NCBI GenBank assembly: GCA_046563655.1
Contig: JAJCTO010000014.1
Location: 1-64,000 of the forward strand
Source: Yuukianura sp. NJ FZ-2021
Taxonomy: Eukaryota
Length of the DNA stretch: 64,000 nt
Direction: 5' to 3'
Shown here: piece after piece, positions 24,260 through 35,730 of the stretch
Layout of the letters: the number at the start of each line of letters is the position of its first letter
Position numbering within the stretch: position 1 is the stretch's first letter
Program-made: the position numbers and the translations under genes
The notes under the pieces: model-generated
The model's database searches: none
Seen by the model: the letters and a program-made list of their open reading frames with translations, nothing else
What the model was told of the DNA's origin: nothing

Positions 24260-27200
24260 ATGAGTACTAAATTATTAATTAACTTAATCTTCTCCATTTG
24301 CGTCATTTGGACTTTGACCTTGGGCGGAGGTCATGCTCAAATTCCCCGAAACCAAGGAAACGTGTACCCCCAGGGGGAAGAGGGCAACGACCTGTCTAAT
24401 CTGTGTCGCCAGCAGAAGCAATGTGGCTTGTGTCACCAAATCCGCGGGTGTGTTTGGTGTAACGACCCGGTAAGTTGACCTCGTGACCTCAGTTGACCTC
24501 TTGACATTGCCAGTAGCAAAGTTGCACTAATTTGCAGATTTTTTCTTGCAGCGATACCTGGAGAATCAAAACAGTATGTACGACCGGTGCAATACGCATG
24601 CCGGACATGCGCGGGAAGGCTGCAGCTCATTTGAGGTCAAAGGTCAACCGTCGGCTCAGCAGTTGCAACACGCTGGACGGCCAGGTCTCGTCCCCTCGGG
24701 GTACGACGTCAATCTCTGGGTTGACCAAAAGGTCAACATCAGTTTCACCTACACCGATCCTGGAAATAAACCACTTGATCTATACTATTTGATGGACTTG
24801 TCGCAAACCATGGAAGATGACAAGGTCAAAATCTCTAACTTACCTTATACTGAAAAGGTCAACTGAGGTCAAAGGTCATTTTTTGTTACAGCCAGCAGTG
24901 GTTGAACTCGGACGAACTTTTGCCGCTGCCCTTCAAAGCACTACGACTGACCTGAAGATGGGTTTTGGCTCGTTTGTGGACAAACCACTCATGCCTTTTG
25001 CATCGCAGAGTCATATCAAAAATCCGTAAGCCTGTGAACTTTTTTTTTAATTTCGGTTTTTTAAATTTTCGTTTTTTGAATTTTGGAATTGCAGTGACCG
25101 TCACCTTCGTCCTGTTTATGGCTTTGAAAATCAGTTGAAGCTGACCTTGGTCGACAAAGCGAATCCCATTTTTGAGAGAAAGGTGAAAGAGGCTCAGATT
25201 TCTGTGAACTTGGATGCTCCGGAAGGTGGGTTGGACGCCATGATGCAAGTGCTCGAATGCACAGAACAAATTGGTAAGTCAACTTTCACTTTTAATGCAT
25301 TTTTGAAAGAAAAAATCAAAATTTTAAAACATTTCAAAATATTTGAATTTTTCTGAAATCTGAATGAATGAATCATAAATGATAAAGAATGACCATATTC
25401 GACCTATTGTAACAAATGAACGCATATGTATTCAAATTTCAACCTATTTTAAGAAACCTACAACACAACAAATGTATTTCCATTTGTTTTTAGGATGGCG
25501 CCCACAAGCCCATCGAATTCTCGTAGTATCAACCGATGGAACTTTTCATATCGCTGGAGATGGGAAGGTAAGGGTCAAAGGTCAATTCAGGTCAAGGTTC
25601 AAAGGTCAGTTTTTTTTTTAAATTTTGCAGTTAGGTGGAATCGTTCTGCCGAACGACGGTCAGTGTCACTTGGACTCTAATGGGCTGTACACCCATTCGA
25701 CCATCTTGGACTACCCGTCAGTGGCCCAGATCATTGCCAAAATACGGGAGAAGCGGATTTTCATAATTTTCGCGGTCCAGAAAGAAGTGGAGTACTTGTA
25801 CAAGACGTTAAGTGCCTTAGTAAGCGACTACGCCTTTACAATTCTGCTGGATGCCAAGTCATCGGAAGTGGGTAAACTCGTCAGAGCTCAATACGATGTA
25901 AGTGGATTCATTAATTTTTAATTTTAAAAAACTATTCCATTTCATCTTCTTCCTGTCTGTGACTTTGAAACTAAAATTTGCCATTTTTTGGACTTTCAGA
26001 AAATCCGGGCGACACTAGAGCTGTCTTCGAAGCCCCTTCTGAAAGACTCCGAAGTGGGCATAACTTACTACGTGAAATGTGGATCCAACGTGGGATTTGT
26101 ACGTGGAAGCAAGTGTCACAATCTGAGTCCAAATGCAGTTGTAGAGTAAGGCCCTCCACCACTTTTATGGCAATTGACACCTTAAAAGCTTTTAAATTAA
26201 CTTATGCCAAATTGAAATGTTTCTGAAATTTCAAAAAAAAAAGAGAAAGTAGAAAGTTTTGTGAATTTTGGTGTAGAATAATAGCAGAGTTTGAGCTGAA
26301 GCGATGTCCAGCGGAGTTTTCGGACAGAGAGTGGACACAACTAGTGGAAATTAGCCCCACGGGGTCAGAGGAAACCGTCAAGGTCAATTTACATCTCAAA
26401 TGTGGATGTGCCTGTGAGGAGCGAAAAACGGGACAAAACGGGAGACAACAAATTTGTTCAAACAATGGGTGAACAGAATGAACTTTAAAAAAATGATTTT
26501 TTTTAAAATAATTTTTACAATTTAGAATTTTCATGTTATGAAATTTTTCTTTATTCTTTAGATTTGTGCAGTGTGGAATTTGCAACTGTAATAAGGAATT
26601 TACAGGTGAGAAAATTTTTTTTGAAACTTTCGGAGGTCAAAGCTCATGCATGAAAGGTCAAAGGTCAAAATGCACAATAACACTCTGCTTAAAATTTAAC
26701 ACTGTAGGTGACCGTTGTCAATGTGAGCTGTCACCTTTTGGAAGCGGAGGAGACGGGACAAGGTGTGTAAAGCCTTGCGGAGGTCACCGCGGAACTTGCA
26801 AGTGCGGTCAATGCGTTTGCAATGAAGTAAAATCAAAAATCAAATTTCTTGTAGCCAATTTTATGAAATTTTGAAAAATTATTTCGAAATTTTAGCCCTG
26901 GAGTGGTCCCAGTTGTGAATGTGACAGTAGACGATGCCTTTGTAAGCCAGAGTCACACGGGCGTTGTGACTGTGAAAAGTGTGCTTGTGACGACGGATGG
27001 CAGTCAGTTCCTGGACAAGCTCCTTGTACATGTTCCAAAGACACGGTAATTGCTTCATTCAGTTTTTAAAAAAGTTGTTTTAAGTATTTTCAAAAATTCA
27101 AACAGTGAGTTTTGAACTTGTCTCAAACTTTAGGAAAACTTTGCTTACACCCGCTGCAAACCATAAAATTTTTGTCAATAGCATTCAAACGACGCTTTAA

Positions 27201-29261
27201 AAGCTTTCTCCTTCACTTTCTATTGAAATCACAACTTTTCTTTAAGCTGATTTTGATGAGAAGCTTTTAAGCAAAGAAAGCATATTAAAAATTAGAAAAC
27301 CTCCGTTTTCTCAAAATTTTGAACTTTTTTTTTCAAAAAGAAAGTTTTCCTTAGAGTACTTTTCTTTATTTAGGAGAAAGTTGAAGCTTGGAGCATAATT
27401 GATGACTTGACTTTTTTTTGCTTGTTTTTTGTGCTTGTAGGACCGTTGTCGTAAAAGCCGCGACGACTCAAACGAGTGCAGCGGCCGAGGAGACTGTGTT
27501 TGCAATGAATGTACCAACTGTAAGCCTGGTTACGTGGGAAAGTTCTGTCATCTCTGTCAGGTGAGTTTTTAGTTTTTTGAAAAATGTGAAAGTTCCCCTG
27601 TCTCCAACTTTTTAAAAAATTATGCTCTTTCCTGGAGAAAAGCAAATTGACTTTAGAATTTACAATTCCAATTCTGTGTAAAGAGGGTTTTACAGAAAAA
27701 CTTGAGCTTTTTTGCAGAAAAGCTACTTTTTCAAGAATTTGAATTTCATGTCAAAAAGATCAAAAGTGGTAGAACTTTCTTTTGAATTCGTTTTTCACGG
27801 TGTAGAGATAATGTCTTCTCTCAAAAAGTCTTATTTTGAAAACCTTTTTTATTCTAAAATTTGAAAATTCTCTTTTAAACTTTTGTAGACTTGCAAGTGC
27901 TTGGATGATTTGGCACGGTGCGCCGTGGAGCGAGTGCGTGGGACCAAAACGGAAGTTCATCTTCTTGGCAAAGCTGAAATATTGAAGACGACAATTGACA
28001 ATGGTGTCCTCAACTGTTCTAAGTTCGCGGGTCAACTGGACCAGGTCACCAATTACGAAAATGGTAAGCAGAAAAATTTTGAAAATCTTTTTCCCTCAGT
28101 TTTTTTAGCGACGATGTCATCAAAAACCCGAGATGTCGCTTTGACCAAGCACCCGTGTCGCCGTCGCCGGAAAGCGACAATCTTTACGTGACCTCTGATT
28201 CCAAAAAGATCAAAGCCTTTAGATCAAGTTCAGCTTAGGCTTTAAGCTCATCCGATCTTGATTGACGTTTCAACGTGACCTCACTAACCAATCAGTTTGC
28301 GTGGGTGTTGGGTCGCTGAATGGCTTGCGTGCTTCCCTTCAAACTCAAATTTTCAAAATTTTCATAGTCCCAAAATATAAAAACCACGTCTGACTTTCAC
28401 TTTTTTGAGAAGTTATACCTAAATCCTTCATATTTTTTTTGCAGTTTCAGCTCTGGTGGTGGATTCAACTGAAAAGTGTTTTCCGGAATACGATGGATGT
28501 AATCTGGAGTACATAATTCGTTATGACCAGAATTCAGAGGAGATCCAGATTGGTATCAAGGAGACACTGGATTGTCCAGCACCTCCAGTGCCAGTCAATC
28601 CACTCCCCATAATCGCTGGAACAACTTCTTCCATTCTGTTCATTGGCATTCTGACGCTGATTCTGTGGAAAGTCATCACAACTCTCATTGACAGACACGA
28701 ATACAACAAGTTTGAAAAGGAATGTGCTCAAAGGAAGTGGGAAATTGTAAGAAATTTTTTATTTTTTGAACTTTCACTCCTACAAAATACTTTTTTTTGA
28801 AATATTACTTTTACTTTGTCACACTTGATCCACTCTGTTAACCAACTTTTAATTACTTCACTAATTACTTTTGTACTATTTCATTACTTCAATTTTCATG
28901 GACCAACTTTCCACATACTATTTCATTCATTCCCTGTCACCAACTTAAACACAATAGAACCACTTGTAACCTCCTCAATTCAAAGTTCAATCACGTTTTG
29001 TGTGTTCCTCTTTTCGAAATTTCCAAAATTGCAAGAATTTACGAGTGCTGAAATTAGTTTCAAAAAACCACTTTTCAATTAAAGTGCTCTACCGACAGTA
29101 ATTAAGTTTACATAGTTAATTACAGGAGACGCTGAATTACTAATTACATGAATTAATTTGAATTCGGTTTAAATGTAATTTTTTATTGGAATTTCCAGGG
29201 AGGAAATCCACTTTACAAGGAGGCAACATCCACTTTTCAAAATCCAGCCTACACTGAATAA
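24260..29261 (+). CDS. Integrin beta subunit
   Basis: Signal peptide and PSI cysteines (CVWC). The beta-I domain has PLDLYYLMDLSQTMEDDK, GFGSFVDK, NLDAPEGGLDAMMQV and [22 protein letters not shown]. I-EGF repeats precede the transmembrane segment IIAGTTSSILFIGILTLILWK. The cytoplasmic tail has NPLY and NPAY. Confidence 0.96.
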
Positions 29262-32200
29262 AATTTTGATGAAAAAAGTACTTTTTAGAAAGTTTTGTTT
29301 CAAAAGAAGGTTTTAGAAAACAGCAAAATTTGTGTCACATTCAATAAAGGGAGCCATTTCACTTTCACTTTTGACAAAGTGAAAGTGGAACATTCACATT
29401 TTTTTTATAAATATCCAACTTTTCATTTTGAACAAAAATTTCATTTTAAGGTTTCACGTGTACAACAAAAGTAAAACAAAATCAAACAACTTTCACTTTT
29501 CGGTGAAAGCAGCTTCAGGGTTTCTAATTTTCTTGATTTTTTCTTCTTTCTCTTGAATATTAAATATATCGTTACACAATAAAAAATTTTGTGTACTTTC
29601 TCCGTAAATTTTCTCTTTCCACTGTAAACTTTTGTTGTTGTAACATGTCTTGCTTGTGTTTTGAAGTTTTTTAAGAAAAAAAGTTTCTCTTTTAGTTTGT
29701 TTTGGCTAAGTTTGTCCATGATTTCTATTTATTTTGACAATTTGTTCCGCTTGTGAGTCTTCTAGTATTTACGACCACCGATGTCCCCTCGCAACTGTTT
29801 AGTTTTTAGATTAACTTTCACTTTTTAGATTATTTTTCCCTTTGACTGTTGTGCAAACAGTCGTGTGTGACTTGAACTCAACAGAGTAAGTTAGTTTTAC
29901 GACGAATTGTTTTCTCTCATAATTTCAAGTTTTCTCTGAAATTAGGCTACTAAATTGTACTTTCCCCAAATTGGTTTTTTGTTTCCTAATTTTCCGATTT
30001 ATGGTAACTTACGTCGATTTTTTCTCTGTAAAAAACTGGAACTAACACGTTGAGTCTGCAATATTCTGGGAAAGTGAAAGTTTGATTGTAGTTTGTACTT
30101 TTCCGTACAACTGACAGTGTTTTCGCAATATTTTAACGGTGCCAAACTTCTTTTTTAACGTGAAACATGGAAAAAAGTTCAAAATTTGAAAAAATTTTAT
30201 GTCATGTTACATTCCATAACATTATGTTAATGTTATTCCTAATATATTATGACATGTTTAAGAATATGTTTTAGGTTATACAAACTCTTGTTTTGTTGAG
30301 TAGGTGTCAATTACTTCACACTTGAGAATTTCAGCAAAGTGGTTCTCTGGATATCCTAACATACAGAAGACAAGAAAAAATTTCGCCAACTTTCTCTCTT
30401 TTTTTTAAAAAAGTAGAGTACCGGATCCTGTTTTTGACAGGAAAGTGCGAATAAAGTGAGATACTGCGAAAAGTTCCAATTTGTTGTTATGAAAATCATG
30501 CATTTTACACAGTTTTTATGTGAAAAGTGAAAGTGATTCCTTCCTGCTTTCTCGCATTGCTGTAAGTAAGTGGTAGGAACATTTCCTGTTTTTGGTTACT
30601 TTCACTCCTTCTGCTTCTAAGTTGATTCTATCACGAAACGAATCCGCAGTGGAAAGATATTTCAAATAACTGAAGCATTAGAATTGTTTCGAGATTCACA
30701 AACAACTTCCGGTTGAATGGATTCTCTTCTCAACAAGTTCTGAACAAGCCTCCTCTCCTCCAAACACCGCTTTGAAACACTCTTGTTGGAACCGCAATGG
30801 AAGTCCACTAATAACACCCACATCAACTCTGGTTTCCCAAATTCCTTCTGTCATCTTCACACTTCACCGCGCAATTTTGAAAACAAACAAAAATTGAAAA
30901 CCGAAATTGAATTTCGAAGTTTCTAGAATTTAATTTTCTACAACCAAACACTCAAGTGTTAGCAGCTTTTTGATTTTGCTGTTCCACTGACCCGGTTTCC
31001 AAAATTTTCCAAACAGAAAATACAAAAAGGGAGAAGCAGAGAAGTCAAAATTTGAGCAAGTTTAGAATGTTTTTGTTTAAAAGTTGAAAACTTTTGGAAC
31101 GAAAAGTGCGCCCATATACTTCTAAATCACAATTTTGTTGTCACCTTTTACGTAAGCAGGTAACGTAAACGTAAACAAATAAGTTTACGTTTAGTAAACT
31201 TGATGTTTTAAATTTTGTTTTTGTGTTATGAAAATCCTATTTTCGTTTTCAAATCCCAGTAGGCCTCTACTAAAAAAATAAAGATAGAGTGAGACTTCAA
31301 CTTCTGAATTGAACTTGACAGTTTTGACTTTAAGCAGGTTTCTCGAAATGAATAAATGGATTTTCCAAGTCTAACAAATGATCTTTGACCTCTCTGAAAA
31401 TATTTCAATTCCAAACAAGAACGGATATTCTGCTCTCCTCTCCGAAGAATTGGTTAGACCGATTGAAGTTACGTGACGCCCACCCACCAAAAACGCCAAA
31501 GGAGAAAGTGTTTTCGTAAATTCCTCTTTTTCCGGGAATTTCGGATTTCCGAAATCCGGACAAGTTCATGGCCTCAATTTCAGTTTCAATCAGATTCTCT
31601 AAATGACACTTTGTGTTCGACGCTCGAACGATGCCGCGTGCCACTTTAAGTGTGACACGCTTTCACTTATCGTCAGTACTACGGCGTTTTCCTAATACAG
31701 TATTCTCAATGAAATTTCAAACAAGAACTTTCTCGCTTTTTGAATAACTCAGTTTTGCCTTTTCAATTTCATTTCCTGATTTTTTGAGAGTAATTTCAAC
31801 TTTTTGTTTAGTAACACAAAGTTTTTTTTTGGAACATTAAACTCAAACAGGAGAAAGTGTCTAACACCTTGAAAAACTTTTCACTTATTTAATGTAAAAA
31901 AGGATAACCTTATCTAACTTTTTTTGAAACCGGAAATTGCGTTGTTTTTAACTCACCTTGTACATTTTGAAGTGGGTGGATAAAATTTCAGAGAAAAGTT
32001 GAAATTAAAAGATCAAAGTTTTGAAAGTAATTTGACCCAAAACATTTAAAACGCTCCCTAAACACTAAATTCACATGCCTTGATGTCACGCTGAACGCTA
32101 ATTACTTTTTTCCTGCTAAACTCTGACTTTTCTTTATCTAAACACGAATTTTTGCCCTTGACGACTTTCTTCCCCCGCTCAACGATTTTTTTTCAGCAGA

Positions 32201-32912
32201 ACGATGATTTTGTTTGTTTTCACATGAACATCTAAACAATTGCAGTTATTTTGTCCGTTTCCAATAATTTTGTTCGTAGTTCCCGCTTTTTTTTTTCTGG
32301 AAGTTTCGCAAACGGAGAAAGTGGACGTTTGTTATTGTGCTGGCAAAAATGAAAGTTTGCCAGCACCTAATCCCATTCTTACACACGTCAGTTTTTGAAC
32401 GAAACGTTGGATCTGTAGATCCGTAGATCTGTTGAGAAGATGAAATTGGAGGATTGTGATTACGGTAAGGATTTTGGACGTCTGGAATTCGGTTGGAAAT
32501 GTTCAGCTTATAAGCCCAATTCCACAGTTTTGTTCTCACCAAACTTCGACATGTATTTCACTCAAGCGATTTTGGTATTGGCCGAAATGGAAAGCCTGAA
32601 GGCCGTAGGGACACGTGGAGCAGAGTGAAAGTCCTCTACACCCACGCTCCCATTTTCACTCTCATTTCTCAGAAAAAAATTATACACCTCACAACAATCA
32701 TGAAATGGAGTAATTTTTCAAAAAGTCAGAATAAACACCTAACTGGTAACCGAAATTGTTCTATAAAAATTTCTACAAAGTAGAAACAGATTGAAAATTG
32801 AATTTTCCAATTTATTTTGGGACAAGAAGAAATGGCTTCTGTTTTCTCCGTTGTTATCTGAAACAGAAATCAAACTTTGTTTTTGTTCAATTTCTTTCTT
32901 TTTTGGAACACA

Positions 32913-32949
32913 TTATTAAATAGCGAAAGCTATTTAATAATCTGATTCA

Positions 32950-33000
<51 letters not shown>

Positions 33001-33716
33001 GAGCCTCAATAACTCAGAAACTACTGGACCAATTTCATCCGGGTTTTCATCGATTGATATGTCATGGTGTATACCAGTTCAATTTTATCATATCATCCGG
33101 ATAGGTGACCTTTTACCGGGTCAAAGGTCAAGGTCATTGACCTTTTGAATATAAAACCGGGAAAATGACCCTAACAAAAGTTGTTCCTCTCAGGGGAACA
33201 ACTCTGGTATATGAACCATGGGTCTCTGACCCCTCCAAGGGGGTCAAAACCGGGATCAAAGGTCAACATATTCACATACAGTGTAGATGGGTAAGGCAAG
33301 CCTGCTACCTTGCCCATTCTCTCATAAGGCAGCCATCCTAGGTGGGAGAACTGGGGGGAACCCATCCCTACTCCCCCGGGGGGGGGGGGGCGTAAAAGTG
33401 GGGGGAAGCCCCCCACTCCCCCGGGGGGGGGCGGAAAAGTGGGGGGAACACACTGCCGCGCTCCCTAGGGTGCGGAGCGAAAAAGTGGGGGAACACTCCC
33501 ATTCCCCCACGGAGGTGCGGTAAAGTGGGGGGAACCCACCTCCCACTCTTCCGAAGGGGGGGGGGGCGTGTGAGTGTGGGAAATGGTGGGGAATGTAGGG
33601 GGAACGGGGAAGAATACGGGAAAAAGAGTGAGTACCCACCCCCACATTCCCCACCTGGGGGAAAACCATCTATTGGCTTGAGCTATTTCGTTATGCGCGG
33701 TTTACAACCGGTTTAT
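32913..33716 (+). mobile_element. Non-autonomous Helentron/DINE-1-like (HINE) element
   Basis: 5' palindrome TTATTAAATAGC-GAAA-GCTATTTAATAA (32913-32940), then (GTCT)12 and a core ..AACTCAGAAACTACTGGACCAATTTCA... Near the 3' end are a sub-terminal AGCTATTT copy (33681) and the stem-loop CGGTT-TAC-AACCG (33698-33710). It ends in a T-run. This is the DINE-1/HINE layout. Confidence 0.75.
32951..32998. repeat. (GTCT)12 microsatellite inside the HINE element
   Basis: Read directly from the sequence. Confidence 0.97.
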
Positions 33717-34590
33717 TTTTTAAAAAACTGAACTTTTTTTTTCCAATTTTGAAGGTTATCTCGAAAACTTTTTTCCTGTATTCCTGGATAAGCAATTTTT
33801 CAATTCCAAAAGTTTTCGTCCATCATAAATTTCTGCAACTTTCTCTTTTTTAAAAAACGCGATGTACGACATAAGTTCATTCAAAAATTGGAAAACAATG
33901 AACGTGAAAAAATCCATTTACTAGATCGCATGACCGAAGAGTAGTTTCATGTCCCACACACTTACCGTTTTCTTAAAAAGAAACTGTGTTTTTGTGCTGT
34001 TTTTGGTGTTTTGAAGTGTTTCTCAATCATAATTCTTAGTAAATGAGTTCCCACATTACTTCATGAGAGTGGAGGAGTGAAAGTGGACTTTTTCCAAAAT
34101 AAATTTGCGTAGGTAGACAATTTTTTCATACATGCTATGTATAGTGCTGCTTCAATGAAATTTATTGCTTATTACCTCCACTTTACAATGCCCAAATGAC
34201 GGTCCCATTCTTTTCACTTTGAATACACAGCTAAAATTACAAGCGTGAAGAAAAACACAGAATTAAAAATACACATTTGGAAATTGGAAAAAAGAGAAAT
34301 TTTTCTCTGAAAATTTCAACTCCCGAATCCCGATGCGTGGTTGTTATGAAATATAATTTATTGATAGGATTGCCATAGACTTTTGAAGTTTTACAGAGTA
34401 AGTACCATGATCATGAGGAAATCTAATGTCTAGCATAACATCTTCCTCCACACTAACCTACTTGGCATTCCTCACATCCTTAACAATGGACAGAAAGCAA
34501 AGACAGTAAGGAGAAAGCAAATAAATAATACAAGGAAACAAAAGTCTTGCATTCTAAATTACCCAAGACACGGGAGCTTCTGGAACAACA

Positions 34591-34721
34591 GAAACACCGT
34601 GAAAACTGATGACAACTAGAGAATCACCGTGAAAACAAAGAAAAGCTTGAGAAACACCGCGAAAACCGCGGAGAGTCTCTGAAACACCGTGAAAAGAAAT
34701 GAAAGCTTGAGAAACGCCGTG
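34591..34721. repeat. 30-bp-period array with a conserved GAAACACCGTGAAAA core and variable spacers (5 units)
   Basis: Cores start at 34591, 34621, 34651, 34681 and 34711. Confidence 0.9.
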
Positions 34722-34899
34722 TCGCGCACGATTTGACGTCAACGCCAACCACTGCGACGGTGAAAGTGAAAGATGTGGTTAGGAGGGCTTATTGAAAGAG
34801 GAATGTAAATAACTAATAAACTCAAAACCAAAATTAAAAGGAACTGTCTTTTTTGAAATGCTATAAAAGTGTGCTGCTTTTTGTTGTGCCTTAAGCCTA

Positions 34900-35730
34900 C
34901 TATCCAATGTTCTTGAGAATTTCAGCATTGGCGATGATTTGATGTTGATTTTGCTTAAGGTTTCGTCTGCGTGCAATTTCGAGGAGTAGTCGCTGCCGTA
35001 GAACGTCCAGTGGGTTCACTATTGACAGAGAGTGCCCGTTGTTAGCTCCATTGTTTCGTCGAAGTCTGGAGAAAGGTGACTCTTCGCCGGAATTGTCAGA
35101 TTCTGACATAACCTGTTTAGTAAAAAAAAGCGTTTCAATATGGTGGCCACAAATTAACAAATTTTGAAAATGTTGTCGCAAACCAAAAATCTCAATTTTG
35201 ATAATCTCAACTTCAAATTTAACTGCAGACTTTTTCAAAATAAAAAATTCTCTCCGTATTTGTTGTAATCCAAGTTAGAAATTTCTCAATAACAAAATCT
35301 TACTAAACAAAATGTGTTAAAAAATTGGGTTTTTATAATAAAAAATATACACGAAATTTTGTTAAACACAAATTTTTCTGACCTCATTGGGTTTAGGACT
35401 GTGATTGGCTATTAAGCTGTCTTCATACTCTGTAATGATATACAACTTGGGATCCAAAACAGTTTCCCATTCAGGCGAAGAGGCAGAAAATCTTGGCTGA
35501 AGCTGACCATTCAACCGATTTTCCGATTCTTGCCGTTCCTTCACTTCCTGTTGTTGCAAAAACGCTTTGAACGGAGAAGGATTCAGCTCTTGTTCCTGAA
35601 TTTGAATTTCCCCGCGTCCACTTCCGCTGCCCAAGCTAATGCCTTCAACCTTCCAGGTCCCCTCAGGCCACGCCAGGAACACCATAAGAACCATCAAAGG
35701 AACTCTTCTTATGCCACCGCTGTACATCAT
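34900..35730 (-). CDS. Dh44: CRF-like diuretic hormone (DH44) prepropeptide
   Basis: Exon 35730-35383 carries the signal peptide ([21 protein letters not shown]). Exon 35112-34900 encodes [35 protein letters not shown]...[14 protein letters not shown], containing the canonical [22 protein letters not shown] core. Confidence 0.95.

Noticed and set aside
24784..24822. Integrin MIDAS reads DLSQT rather than DxSxS
   Set aside because: Ser to Thr is conservative, and ADMIDAS DD and other metal-site residues appear intact, so there is no evidence of inactivation.
33171..33731. Overlapping Gly/Pro-rich ORFs
   Set aside because: They are a by-product of the G/C-run region inside the HINE element.
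34591..34721. CRISPR-like repeat-spacer appearance (also at 53937-54033)
   Set aside because: The context is eukaryotic, repeats and spacers are far too short, spacers are related to each other, and there are no cas genes.
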